This document shows positions 1 to 10,048 of a stretch of DNA of 64,000 nt, piece by piece. The stretch is from Spirochaetota bacterium (GTDB taxonomy: Bacteria > Spirochaetota > UBA4802 > UBA5550), in NCBI GenBank assembly GCA_963664815.2, contig CAXXHB010000003.1, positions 3,840,001 through 3,904,000 of the forward strand. Direction: 5' to 3'. Below the pieces are notes generated by a model. The model searched no databases and had not been told where the DNA came from. It saw only the letters and a list, made by a program, of their open reading frames with translations. The stretch's first letter is position 1; each line of letters begins with the position of its first letter. The translations under genes and the position numbers were made by a program.

Positions 1-690
1 GATGTTCAGGTATTTACCTTTACCGCCGAAAGAGTCCTGCATTCTTTTAATCATTTTCGCCATATTATCGCCGCTGTATTCCCTGTCAGAGAGGATGAGC
101 ACCCTTTTGTTGTCAGGGTCAGCTGTAATCACAGGCATATCAGGTGAATAATCCCGCATTCTGTAATCAGGTTTTTTAAAACTTCTTGAGGTTTTCAATT
201 TTCTTTCCGCAGAATCAAAGACAGATTCAGCAAATGTAAGGAGCTTCTTCCTCTCATCCTCCTTCATCAGATCATACATATCCGGAGAGAAGCCACCCGC
301 ATAATTCATATTCAGGTCTTCACATATTCCCCTTAAATAATTCTGCGCGGAATGATCAAAAAAGTGAATTGAAGTGGTTAATACAGCGGCATATTTCCCT
401 TCAAATGACTGTACTGCGTCTCTTTCCATAACAAGTTCAATAAACCTTTTATATTGTGAGGGAACAAGACAGACATAGAGGGGTGTCCCCCAGATAATCA
501 GATCGGAGCTTTTTACATCATTTATTATTGAGTTAAAGAATTCATTATCATCTTCTATCTTATTTATCTTCTGTGCAATGTTAATAAAGTTAAACCTGTG
601 TGCAGTGAATTTTTTTTCTATAAATTTAACATACTGCATTGTAACACTCAAATCACCTTTGGGACTCCCATTAAGAACCACAATATTCAT
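1..690 (-). CDS. NAD(P)H-dependent FMN reductase / flavodoxin-fold oxidoreductase (runs off the left window edge)
   Basis: Not in the ORF track. Manual translation from the ATG at 690 gives MNIVVLNGSPKGDLSVTMQYVKFIEKKF, with the NGSP flavodoxin-fold motif and an upstream GGGGAG RBS. Confidence 0.8.
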   Translation of the reverse strand, partial: MNIVVLNGSPKGDLSVTMQYVKFIEKKFTAHRFNFINIAQKINKIEDDNEFFNSIINDVKSSDLIIWGTPLYVCLVPSQYKRFIELVMERDAVQSFEGKYAAVLTTSIHFFDHSAQNYLRGICEDLNMNYAGGFSPDMYDLMKEDERKKLLTFAESVFDSAERKLKTSRSFKKPDYRMRDYSPDMPVITADPDNKRVLILSDREYSGDNMAKMIKRMQDSFGGKGKYLNI

Positions 691-923
691 ATACACTCCC
701 CCTTGTTTCAAATCTATGTGCAATATGTTGCATATACCATAAAATACCCTGTTGTCAACATCAATATTATCAGAAATTATAATCACATTTTTATTAAAAT
801 TAATCGATAAAAATCTCTAAATTGCAGAATAAAAATCAGTCCATGCCGATAATTGTATTGACATATCAGCGTTGAATATTACTTTATAATATATAATTTT
901 ATTTTTGTGATAAGGAGATCAAA

Positions 924-1184
924 ATGGCAGGGTATTCAATAAATGATTTGAGAGTTGCTGCTCCACATGAAGAAGGTACTGTAAAACAGCTTATTGCTGA
1001 AGCCTGGGTAACAATGAAAAGGGTAAACTGGGATGATACAAAATTTGTTACAATAAATCCAAAGGTTGTTCTTTCATTTTCACAGGCAAAAAGTTTCCAG
1101 GTTTTCTGGGAAAGTGAAGGCTGGACAGTTCAGATAAAAAAAGCTGAAAGAAATTATTTTTTTGATATTTATAATCTGCAGTAA
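924..1184 (+). CDS. hypothetical protein (86 aa)
   Basis: AAGGAG RBS before the ATG; followed by a GC-rich hairpin; no recognised motif. Confidence 0.7.
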   Translation: MAGYSINDLRVAAPHEEGTVKQLIAEAWVTMKRVNWDDTKFVTINPKVVLSFSQAKSFQVFWESEGWTVQIKKAERNYFFDIYNLQ

Positions 1185-1207
1185 TATACATTTATTATCT
1201 GTAATAG

Positions 1208-1262
1208 ACCCGCATTCCTGCCTGCAGAATGCGGGGTATTATTCTTTTCCTTTGGTTTTTTT
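1208..1262 (+). terminator. probable intrinsic terminator
   Basis: CCCGCATTC...GAATGCGGG stem followed by T-rich sequence. Confidence 0.5.
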
Positions 1263-1310
1263 CCTCAGTGATAAAAAGTTTTAAAAAATACAATTAAAGC
1301 TGTAACAGTT

Positions 1311-1820
1311 ATGCAGAATTTTGATAATGAGAACATGGACACAATTCCCGATATATCCTCAGAAACAGTAATGAATACATTGTTTTCAACACTCATTGAC
1401 GTCTACAATTCAAAAATGCCCTTTAATAAACTCCTCGGAATAGAAGTTACCGAACTTAACCTTGAAAGAGCAGTAATATCTATTCACTCCAGGGAAGATT
1501 TATATGGTAATTACATCCATAAAATACTGCATGGCGGTGTTATATCATCAGTTATTGATCTATCCGGTGGAATAATTGCTCAGACACACGCCCTGAGCCA
1601 TATGAATGGATTGAGCATAGGCCAGATGATGCACAAATTCAGCATGATGAGTACCCTGAACATGAGGGTTGATTATCTTCGCCCCGGTTCCGGAAACACA
1701 TTTGAATGTATCTCAAAAGTAGTAAGAGCAGGAAATAAAGTCGCCGTCACCCAGATGGAGCTTCTCAACCAAGAAAATAAACAAATTGCAATAGGGACAG
1801 GCTCATACCTTATCGGATAA
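1311..1820 (+). CDS. PaaI/YigI-like hotdog-fold thioesterase
   Basis: PFNKLLG, LHGGVISSVID and RVDYLRPG motifs. Confidence 0.85.
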   Translation: MQNFDNENMDTIPDISSETVMNTLFSTLIDVYNSKMPFNKLLGIEVTELNLERAVISIHSREDLYGNYIHKILHGGVISSVIDLSGGIIAQTHALSHMNGLSIGQMMHKFSMMSTLNMRVDYLRPGSGNTFECISKVVRAGNKVAVTQMELLNQENKQIAIGTGSYLIG

Positions 1821-1892
1821 AATTCCCCTCTTACCTTTTTTTAATTAAATGAATTATTTTACTGAAAAACCCGTGCATATTAATTATTGTTG

Positions 1893-2013
1893 ATCAATGT
1901 TAATTCCTTAAAGTATATTTTAGTCTAAAATAAACGATTATATCTCACGGCCGCCGAAGGGGGCCGGGAGAATAGAGTTTTTATTATAAAACGTTCAGGA
2001 ATTATTACTGATT
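1893..2013 (+). repeat. ~123-bp dispersed MITE-like repeat, copy 1
   Basis: Imperfect terminal inverted repeats (ATCAATGTTAATTCCT / AGGAATTATTACTGAT) and a central GC hairpin; aligns with 7329-7453 (reverse) and 34228-34350. Confidence 0.7.
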
Positions 2014-2048
2014 ATTAATACATTTTTTAAACATTCAAGGGGGATAAT

Positions 2049-3344
2049 ATGAAACAGGAATTGAACCTGCCATTAATACAGAATGCCGACCTCAAGGATA
2101 AGATTGTACTTGTCCGTGTTGACCACAATGTTGTCAAAAACGGAGTTATTCATGATCCCTACAGAATTGATGCCACAATAGGTACTCTCTATCATATAAA
2201 CGCAAGGGGGGGTAAAATAATTCTTATGACTCACGTAGGACGCCCCAGAGACAAAAAAACCGGTGAAATACATATAAGCGAAAAAACATCCGTCCGGCCT
2301 ATAGTGGATTATCTGCAGCAGAAACTTCACATCAAACTCAAAATACCGGAATTTCTCAGGGATGAAAAAAACGGCTATATGGGAATTGAAACCTCCGTAA
2401 ACCACATGATCCGGGAACTCAGAGAGAATAAAATTGACGGCATATATCTCCCGAATACCCGCTGGTTTTCCGGCGAAGAATCAAAGAATGAAAACGGCGA
2501 CAGGTTTGCCAATCAGCTCGCGGGACTCGCCGATATATTCGTCAACGACGCTTTCGGTTCCTGGCAGCCGCACGCATCAACAGTTGCCGTCAGCAAATAC
2601 CTCCCCTCTTACGCCGGATTTCTTCTTCAGAAGGAGATCGAAAATCTTGACAGAATATTTCATCCGCAGAAACCCTTCATTGCGGTTGTTGCAGGTGCAA
2701 AATTTGACACCAAGATCGACCCGCTTTATGCACTTATCCGCCAGGCGGATTATCTTGTTCTCGGAGGAGTTATCTATAACGCATACCTCTCTGCGAAATA
2801 TGGTGTTAAAATAAAAGGTATCGATGAAGAGGATTTTCAGCTTGCAAAAAAATTCGTTGAATTCTCGCAGCAGTATCCCGGAAGAATTGTTGAACTGAGA
2901 TATATCGTGGAATCTGACCTCCCAGATGCACGGGTAGATGGTAAATACAGAAAAATTGATGTAAAAACATTGAGCCCCGGGATGGAACTGAATTACATAT
3001 ATGACGTAGCGGCAGAGAGCTTTCTGGAGCCGGAAGCCGCGGATATATTTCACAAAGCAAAAACAGTGTTCATTAATGCCGTAATGGGTTATACTCCCTA
3101 TTTTAACGAGGGTACAATTGCACTCGATCAGATGATTGATGAAACAAGGGAATCGGTAAAACTCTACGGCGGTGGAGATACCATGCAGGAACTGAAGCGT
3201 CTGCTGCCGGGGTTATATATTGCCGCTATAGATTCGCCTGAATATTATATCTTCACAGGCGGGGGGGCGGTTCTCAAGGCAATTGAGCAGGGATCGGTTA
3301 CCGGCCTCGCTCCGGTTAAAGCGCTGATAGAGAAAAATTGCTAA
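2049..3344 (+). CDS. pgk: phosphoglycerate kinase (divergent)
   Basis: VRVDHNV, THVGRP, VNDAFG, GAK..KI, GGGDT and TGGGA motifs. Confidence 0.88.
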   Translation: MKQELNLPLIQNADLKDKIVLVRVDHNVVKNGVIHDPYRIDATIGTLYHINARGGKIILMTHVGRPRDKKTGEIHISEKTSVRPIVDYLQQKLHIKLKIPEFLRDEKNGYMGIETSVNHMIRELRENKIDGIYLPNTRWFSGEESKNENGDRFANQLAGLADIFVNDAFGSWQPHASTVAVSKYLPSYAGFLLQKEIENLDRIFHPQKPFIAVVAGAKFDTKIDPLYALIRQADYLVLGGVIYNAYLSAKYGVKIKGIDEEDFQLAKKFVEFSQQYPGRIVELRYIVESDLPDARVDGKYRKIDVKTLSPGMELNYIYDVAAESFLEPEAADIFHKAKTVFINAVMGYTPYFNEGTIALDQMIDETRESVKLYGGGDTMQELKRLLPGLYIAAIDSPEYYIFTGGGAVLKAIEQGSVTGLAPVKALIEKNC

Positions 3345-3402
3345 ATATTATAACGCTCCTTCCCAGTTTTATCATGGGGAAGGCCGGGATGGGGCGTAAA
3401 CG

Positions 3403-6024
3403 TCAGTTGCTCCGCACCTTGTCAAGATATCCCGCAATCGTCAATTTATAATCAGCTGCTTTTTTCTTGTCACGAATAGTTATTCTGGAACTTCTGCCGG
3501 ATCCCTCCTGACGAAGAATTCCCGCTTCAATAAATTTATCAATGGCATTATCATAGTTTATAATAGACAGAGCTTCCGAACACTGTATTTCACTCAGGTG
3601 GTACATTCTGGTTCCGCGTTTCCTTATCGTTATCATCAGTTCTTTTCTTGCCACCTGGCGTTCGGTATGGTCTATAAGTGTATTCAGAACAATAAGATAT
3701 GATTCTATATAATCCTGTATCATGCCTGCAAAAAATCTCAGCTCCTCATGTCCGGTTTCATCAAATATCACATCTTTACCCTCAAGCTTTATGATATATT
3801 CCGAAGTAAAGTGAGAAAAAGTGTGTTCCATAACTTCCTCGGTATCATTCAGAAGATCGGGATAAATAAATTCTCTTGAAAGAATATCTCTTATTTTTTC
3901 GAATTCTGCAACTAGAGCTTTCTTCGATGCTTTTCCCTCAGATGAAGTCACAAGTATTGCAAGAGAGATCATGTTCACCGGAAGAGTCATATGGGTGATG
4001 CTGTTTTTATAAAAATTTATCCTCCCCCTCTGATCATGATCTATAATGTACAATTCCTCGCTCTGAACTTCCCGATCCTCATTCTTACCGGATGCTCCGC
4101 CGGAGATATCGACTCTGCTGATAATGCCGTCACTGGCATAGGATTCAAAAACAATATCCATTATATCGTCAATATTTGAATTTTCTTTAAGCGTATCAGC
4201 AAGTTTGTATTGTGTCTTCTTCAGATATGAGAGGATTGTCTCAATCCTTCGTTTAATCGATTCTCTTGTAAATCCGCGCGTAGTAGTGTTAAGCAGGGCT
4301 GCTGTAGTTATAGCAAATGGAGTAACACGAACAGTATCGTTTATTCTTTTTACAATATAGTACCCGAGTTCCTCCGTAAGAAGATCGATGTCCTTTATAT
4401 TTTTTTCCTTTAAAAACTTTTCCCTGATTTCGGAGAGAGTAAATGTATCGTTGAAGCTCATATAAACCGAGCCGTATCTTCTCTGAATAAGCTTTCTGCT
4501 TTTAATGAAACCTGATGTTGATTCTTTTGACTTTTCCTTCCCCTTCAACTCTTTAAGGTATGAATTCTCTTCAAGAATCCTGTCATAGTCCACTGTCATA
4601 GGCGCAAAGACCAGATCTTTATTATATCCTTCATCAATAGCTTCAATAAGGTATTTCAACATCCCCATTTTAGGCTGAACAACTTTGCCGGTTCTTGATC
4701 TTCCACCTTCAATAAAGAATTCTATCGGATAACCCTCATTTATTATCGTCTTTACATACTGTTTTAATACAGAGGTGTACAGATTCAGACCTTTAAAGGT
4801 TCTTCTTATAAAAAAAGCACCGGATCTCCTGAATATTTTTCCCATAGGGAAAAATATAAGATTGGATCCCGCAAGTATATGCGGGGCTATGATTTTATTC
4901 TGATAAAACATACTCGAAATAACGATATAGTCCATATGGCTTTTATGGCTTGGAACAAGGATAACCGGCCCCTTTTCAAAAGATTCCCTGAATTTTTTCA
5001 GATCCTCAATCTCATAGTGAATCCCATCAAATATTTTTCTGAAAATATAATCATTGGCTGCTTTGAAAAATTTAATATAGACAATGGAAAAATCAGCTGC
5101 TATTTCCCTGAAATACTTATACGCCTGTTTTCTTAATTTTTTTTCAGATGTTCCTTTTTCATTTATCTCCTGCTGTATAACATCCAGAACATTTTTATGA
5201 TAAAGAACTTTTTCCATCATCTCCTGCTGGGTCTTTATCTGGGGACCAAGTATGCTTCTCTTCTCGTAATTATATATCTCTATCAGACTGTTACGGATCA
5301 GCCGCGACAGATGTTTTGTATCATCTCCGCCATGAGATTCTATAACCTCTTTTAAATTCACCGGCTTTCCAACTCTGACAAAAGCCGGGGTTGCACTCTT
5401 CAGCATTATAAGCATACCGGAAATAAAACCCCTGTCTCGGGTAGCCTCGGAAAGCATTGAAGAACCTGTTTTTTCAACATTCATGTTCCAGAAAACAACC
5501 TGGGGGAAAATGAATATCGGTTCTTCACTCTTCTTCTGAACTTCCAGAAGATATTCAATTGTATCTGTTTTTATCTCGACGTATCTGCGGACAAAGAGTT
5601 TTCTCGAAAACATTGAAAACGAGAGGCTCCCGCCGTCAAGAGCTCTGGTAATATATTCATGGTTGGAAATAAATTTATAATCAGCCGATTTGAATATATT
5701 TTTAAGATAATTAAGGCATTCATTATATAATACTATTACTTTCTGATATGTATATGGCGTAAATCCAAGCCCAAGCGCCGGGACAGGAAGATTGTGCTTT
5801 TTTAAAAGATTAATCAGGATGTAAAGAGATGTATATGTAGTCTGCATAGAGGCATATACTATTTTCCCTTGCGTCATATGTTCATTTACTATTAAGATAC
5901 TCTCTTTATCCAGATCAATACGGTTAAAAAAGAATTTAACGAGCAGACTGAATAATCTGTATTTATCCTTTCTTATCATTCCGCTTTCTATATATGGTGA
6001 GTATACTTCCTTATCAATACCCAT
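3403..6024 (-). CDS. plsB: glycerol-3-phosphate acyltransferase, PlsB-like
   Basis: PSHKSHMDY (HxxxxD), GAFFIRR and FFIEGGRSRTGK motifs. Start moved to the ATG at 6024, after the STAS stop (ORF track start is 6069). Confidence 0.85.
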   Translation of the reverse strand: MGIDKEVYSPYIESGMIRKDKYRLFSLLVKFFFNRIDLDKESILIVNEHMTQGKIVYASMQTTYTSLYILINLLKKHNLPVPALGLGFTPYTYQKVIVLYNECLNYLKNIFKSADYKFISNHEYITRALDGGSLSFSMFSRKLFVRRYVEIKTDTIEYLLEVQKKSEEPIFIFPQVVFWNMNVEKTGSSMLSEATRDRGFISGMLIMLKSATPAFVRVGKPVNLKEVIESHGGDDTKHLSRLIRNSLIEIYNYEKRSILGPQIKTQQEMMEKVLYHKNVLDVIQQEINEKGTSEKKLRKQAYKYFREIAADFSIVYIKFFKAANDYIFRKIFDGIHYEIEDLKKFRESFEKGPVILVPSHKSHMDYIVISSMFYQNKIIAPHILAGSNLIFFPMGKIFRRSGAFFIRRTFKGLNLYTSVLKQYVKTIINEGYPIEFFIEGGRSRTGKVVQPKMGMLKYLIEAIDEGYNKDLVFAPMTVDYDRILEENSYLKELKGKEKSKESTSGFIKSRKLIQRRYGSVYMSFNDTFTLSEIREKFLKEKNIKDIDLLTEELGYYIVKRINDTVRVTPFAITTAALLNTTTRGFTRESIKRRIETILSYLKKTQYKLADTLKENSNIDDIMDIVFESYASDGIISRVDISGGASGKNEDREVQSEELYIIDHDQRGRINFYKNSITHMTLPVNMISLAILVTSSEGKASKKALVAEFEKIRDILSREFIYPDLLNDTEEVMEHTFSHFTSEYIIKLEGKDVIFDETGHEELRFFAGMIQDYIESYLIVLNTLIDHTERQVARKELMITIRKRGTRMYHLSEIQCSEALSIINYDNAIDKFIEAGILRQEGSGRSSRITIRDKKKAADYKLTIAGYLDKVRSN

Positions 6025-6037
6025 GACAACCCCGCTG

Positions 6038-6370
6038 TTAGATTTCTTTCTCTGAGGCAATTGTTTCAAACAGATCGCCTATTCCTATCATATCAAACAA
6101 CTTAATAATCTTTTTACTGTTCACAATAAGAATGCAGGTTATTCCCTTATTTATAAAATAATTTCTTATATTAATAAGTTCCCCAAGGCCAAAACTATTG
6201 AGATAAGAATTTTTTCTCAGATCAAAAACAATTCTGTCCACACCATCATTAATAAGCCCTAATATCTCCTCGCCAAATTGATTAATATCGGCACCATGGA
6301 GGCTTCCATCCTCGCGTGTAAAGCTGATTACAGGAACATTATTAACATATTCATATACGTAATACGCCAT
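6038..6370 (-). CDS. STAS-domain anti-sigma factor antagonist
   Basis: IVFDLRKNSYLNSFGLGELI and IKLFDMIG match the STAS pattern; GAGG RBS. Confidence 0.8.
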   Translation of the reverse strand: MAYYVYEYVNNVPVISFTREDGSLHGADINQFGEEILGLINDGVDRIVFDLRKNSYLNSFGLGELINIRNYFINKGITCILIVNSKKIIKLFDMIGIGDLFETIASEKEI

Positions 6371-6615
6371 TTTTACCTCATCAATTAAGAATAAAAAACA
6401 TTATTCAGGGTGCAAGTATTTTTTATTACTTTTATATCCTGAATTAATCCCGGAATACTATTATAGAACAAATGTATCCTGATAAAATATGCCGCTTCCG
6501 CCTCTTCGGCCATAAAAATTAAAATGATTTACTGTTATTTTAAAAGAGTAGAAATAAAATTATTGACTAAAACCTTCATAGATTTTCAAATTACTCTGCT
6601 TTTCATCACAAATAT

Positions 6616-6689
6616 CGGGGTGTAGCGCAGCCAGGTAGCGCGCTTCGTTCGGGACGAAGAAGTCGGGAGTTCGAATCTCCCCACCCCGA
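6616..6689 (+). tRNA. tRNA-Pro(CGG), CCA not encoded
   Basis: Acceptor stem CGGGGTG/CACCCCG, anticodon arm CTTCG-TTCGGGA-CGAAG, T-loop GTTCGAATC. Confidence 0.95.
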
Positions 6690-6734
6690 AAAAACTGAAA
6701 ATCCTTAAAATTTTAAAAAAATTTTTTATTAATT

Positions 6735-7145
6735 ATGATATTATATCAGAGAAAATTTCCCACTGCAAAAAAACTTACATCCAGCATTATAGAAGTTGTT
6801 AAAAATCAATTATCAGAAATTGAAGGGAAAATCTGTATAAACCTTCTTGATCTCAAACTTATTCTTGATGAGGCGATAATCAATGCCATGGAGCATGGCA
6901 ACAAATGGGATCCATCAAAAAAAATTTTAATAAAAATCTCATTAGAAGAAAAGGGGATACAGATAGAGATAGAAGATGAAGGCCAGGGGTTTGACTACTT
7001 TCATAAATTCACTGAAAAAGAGATAAAACCGACACTTACAGAAAGAGGCCGGGGTCTTCTGCTTATTAAACAGATCTGCGATATTGAATGGATAAATTGC
7101 GGGAATACTATAAAAATAAACATCCCGGTTGAACTTTCCGCCTGA
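6735..7145 (+). CDS. RsbW-like anti-sigma factor / HATPase_c kinase
   Basis: EAIINAMEHGN, DEGQGFD and GRGLLLI (N, G1 and G2 boxes). Confidence 0.85.
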   Translation: MILYQRKFPTAKKLTSSIIEVVKNQLSEIEGKICINLLDLKLILDEAIINAMEHGNKWDPSKKILIKISLEEKGIQIEIEDEGQGFDYFHKFTEKEIKPTLTERGRGLLLIKQICDIEWINCGNTIKINIPVELSA

Positions 7146-7213
7146 TTTTTTCAATTATATTCATTTATATTCAATTATATAATTACACTTAACTTTCCGG
7201 CAATAATTATTAC

Positions 7214-7321
7214 AGGGCGTTACCAAAAACTCTGTTTTTGGGAACGCAGGGAGCCTGCGGGGCTTCCAAAGGGGCTGCAGCCCCTTATACCCTGTGAAGA
7301 TTGGGTTATTGGAACTACCCT
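7214..7321. repeat. short palindromic, MITE-like element
   Basis: Imperfect terminal inverted repeats AGGGCGTTACCAAAAAC / GTTATTGGAACTACCCT; internal perfect palindrome AAGGGGCTGCAGCCCCTT; GC-rich within an AT-rich spacer. Confidence 0.4.
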
Positions 7322-7328
7322 ATATTAA

Positions 7329-7453
7329 ATCAATAATAATTCCTGAACTTTTTTTATAACAGAAAATGCTCTATTCTTACCGCCGCCAAAGGCGGCGGTA
7401 AGAATTAATAGTTTATTTTATACTAAAAAACATGTTAAGGGATTAATGTTGAT
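7329..7453 (-). repeat. ~123-bp dispersed MITE-like repeat, copy 2 (inverted)
   Basis: Reverse complement aligns to 1893-2013; perfect hairpin ATTCTTACCGCCGCC-AAA-GGCGGCGGTAAGAAT. Confidence 0.7.
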
Positions 7454-7618
7454 ATTAAATTCATACATTCTGTTGCTTTAAAGCAATTGATCGGTTACAT
7501 ATATTTATATATCGCTCTATTAAGTAAAAAGAAAGTTTTTGATGCTGCTTTCTCCATTTTTCAATTGATTTTTCCGATAATAATGAAAGATATAAATCTA
7601 TCCGAGGTTTTAGCTTAT

Positions 7619-9115
7619 ATGAAAAAAACGGTTATACAAAGATCAGCATTGGCAATAGCAGCAACATTAACCTCTTTAAATCTTTACGCTGCTCCCGTTA
7701 TAGATGACTCACTTATGAAAATTGTAAATACCGATGGTGATGAAACCTCATGCTCAATAACAGCCAACAGAAAATTTTTCATATTCGCGAGAAAACCAAA
7801 AGATAAAAATGACAGCGACCTGTTTTTTTCTGAATTTAAAGATGGAAAGTGGACTGAAGCCGTTGCAGCTACAGCCTTGAACAGTACATCGGACGAAATA
7901 TCACCATACATATCTCCCGATGGCACATATGTATTATTTTCCTCAAACAGGGAGGGGAGTTTAAAGAGCGACCAGGCGGAAAAACCTTCATACGATATAT
8001 ATTACTCTCAAAAAAAGGGGGGGGAGTGGGAAAAGCCGGTACTGCTTTTCGGAGTTGTAAACACTACTAATGATGAAATCAATCCTTCCGTCTCAAAAAA
8101 CGGCAAACTTCTTTACTTTACAAGATCTCTCTTTAATGACCCGCTGAAAACCACTGTTTATAAAGTAACAAAAAAGGACGATTTCTGGGGGGATCTGCAA
8201 ATCTGCAATATTTCAAACAATCCTGATATCATCACGTATATGTTCAGGAAATCATCCAGCAAACCGGGATCATATATCACAGGTTTCAAAAGAAATGACA
8301 CGGTAAACAGGGATATTTTTTATGTGAATAGTTCCGGTAATAAAATCAGCGAATTGGCCGGTAAAACAGGGCCTGTGAACACCTCAGGTGATGAAATCTC
8401 ATTTTGTGAATTAAGTAAAAATTCCATAATTGTTTCATCAAATGCTGCCGGGAGTTACGATTTTTCCATAAAAAAGATAACAGCCCTGATTAAACAGGAA
8501 CTGCCTGGCGCGATAATGGTAAAAGTCGACTCCGCTGATTATACAAATTCTGATGCAGTTAAACTCAATGTACTCTTTTTCTCATCATTAAAAAAAGACG
8601 CATGGCCTCTGAAATCTGAAATGCGGTCTCCCGACTCATCGGGGATGATAAGTATCACAACCGGCCCGGCCATTAAAAGAGTACTGGTTCTTCCCGGTGA
8701 TACAGGGATGAAATCATTTGCGATTGAATTTCTTGCTAAAAACAGCCACATCACTACTGCAACTGTAAAAATTGAACAGGCAGAAAAGAAAGAATTTACT
8801 TCAAGACCGGTATATTTCAGTTTTAATTCAACCGGAATAGAAACTGTGGATATCCCCTATCTTCATGAAGTGATTGATTATTTAAGGGAGAACCCCAATA
8901 TAAAACTATCCCTTACAGGGTATTCAGACGGAACAGGATCATATAAAACAAACCTGGATATAAGTCTGAAAAGAGCTGAAAAAATAAAAGAGTATATTGT
9001 AAACGCCGGAATCAGCAGGGACAGAATAGATGTTAAAGGTTTAGGTTATACCGAAGAAATGATTTCCGGCACATCACAGAATAATCGAAGAGTAGAATTC
9101 AGCATTATAAATTAA
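7619..9115 (+). CDS. exported PD40-repeat / OmpA-family peptidoglycan-binding protein
   Basis: Signal peptide from MKKTVIQRSALA; SPYISPDG..LFSSNR PD40 repeats; C-terminal GYSD...NLDISLKRA...NNRRVEF. Start adjusted to the ATG with a GAGG RBS. Confidence 0.85.
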   Translation: MKKTVIQRSALAIAATLTSLNLYAAPVIDDSLMKIVNTDGDETSCSITANRKFFIFARKPKDKNDSDLFFSEFKDGKWTEAVAATALNSTSDEISPYISPDGTYVLFSSNREGSLKSDQAEKPSYDIYYSQKKGGEWEKPVLLFGVVNTTNDEINPSVSKNGKLLYFTRSLFNDPLKTTVYKVTKKDDFWGDLQICNISNNPDIITYMFRKSSSKPGSYITGFKRNDTVNRDIFYVNSSGNKISELAGKTGPVNTSGDEISFCELSKNSIIVSSNAAGSYDFSIKKITALIKQELPGAIMVKVDSADYTNSDAVKLNVLFFSSLKKDAWPLKSEMRSPDSSGMISITTGPAIKRVLVLPGDTGMKSFAIEFLAKNSHITTATVKIEQAEKKEFTSRPVYFSFNSTGIETVDIPYLHEVIDYLRENPNIKLSLTGYSDGTGSYKTNLDISLKRAEKIKEYIVNAGISRDRIDVKGLGYTEEMISGTSQNNRRVEFSIIN

Positions 9116-9134
9116 AAGGGGCAAAAGCCCCTTT
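9114..9134. terminator. bidirectional intrinsic terminator
   Basis: AAAAGGGGC-AAAA-GCCCCTTT between convergent genes. Confidence 0.75.
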
Positions 9135-9158
9135 ATAATTAAGTTAACGAAATAATTC

Positions 9159-9707
9159 TCACTTTTTGATTTTAGCTATTTCAGCATCAACAACAGAGAT
9201 AACCTGTCCGACAAGTGCGCTGCTTTCATCCTGGCTTTTAACCTTTTTAATGAATTTAACCTTGCCGTCTTTTCCTACAACAATGATGACACCCTGATCA
9301 TTACAGTTTCCAAGACCCCAGGCTCCCTGCAGGATCCTGTTATAATCGAGCAGAATTCTCGACTTCGGAAATGCAGCCTGCTTTTTTGCAGCGGCGGAGG
9401 TAATAAAACGATCCGGTTTAAATGGAGCATCTTTGCAGTTTGCCACACCTATACCAAGATATACAGACTGATCATAATTCTTTGCTTTCAAAGCGTTAGA
9501 TACAGGATCGGTAATATCCTTTACATCCACATCGTTATACTGAATTACAAGCACCTTCTGACCGAGAAATGGTATACCCTCATCTCCCCCCGAGGTATTT
9601 TTTATTGTGGCATTGGAGAGAACATCACCAGCCTGGACTGCGAACAAGCCAACAGTGCAAAACATAGCGGCAAAAACAAGAATCATTTTAAAATTTACTT
9701 TTTTCAT
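9159..9707 (-). CDS. YtfJ-family exported thioredoxin-like protein
   Basis: Signal peptide; KVLVIQY, FPKSRILLD..LQGAWGL and IIVVGKDGKVKF resemble YtfJ. Confidence 0.7.
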   Translation of the reverse strand: MKKVNFKMILVFAAMFCTVGLFAVQAGDVLSNATIKNTSGGDEGIPFLGQKVLVIQYNDVDVKDITDPVSNALKAKNYDQSVYLGIGVANCKDAPFKPDRFITSAAAKKQAAFPKSRILLDYNRILQGAWGLGNCNDQGVIIVVGKDGKVKFIKKVKSQDESSALVGQVISVVDAEIAKIKK

Positions 9708-10048
9708 TCAACCCCCCAGTTTTATTTTAACTATTTCCGGCTTGGATCAAAAATCTGCCGTTTAATAATAAAAACTGCATTTAAAACAGATTTGATTTCA
9801 AATATTATACTGCAACTATACTTTATAAATATAATTACAATACTCACTTTAATTTAAACCTGCATTTAAAATGCATTATAAAATTATTTATGATGAATAT
9901 TATAAAATGTCAAGCTTTATAAACCGTATGGACGGATTAATTATACATCATTTTGGATTGACTTTTTCACGTAAATATTTGAGTATTTATAATCCGGGGT
10001 ATACACTTATAACCCCGGTCAGAACATATTATTAATAGAAGGTAAACA

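Noticed and set aside
829-852. GCCGATAA resembling a sigma-28 -10 box
   Set aside because: No properly spaced TAAA -35 element; a TTGACA box follows immediately.
3352-3400. GC-rich palindromic stretch between pgk and plsB, and a similar stretch at 43238-43297
   Set aside because: Most simply terminator or REP-like remnants; too degenerate to define as an element.
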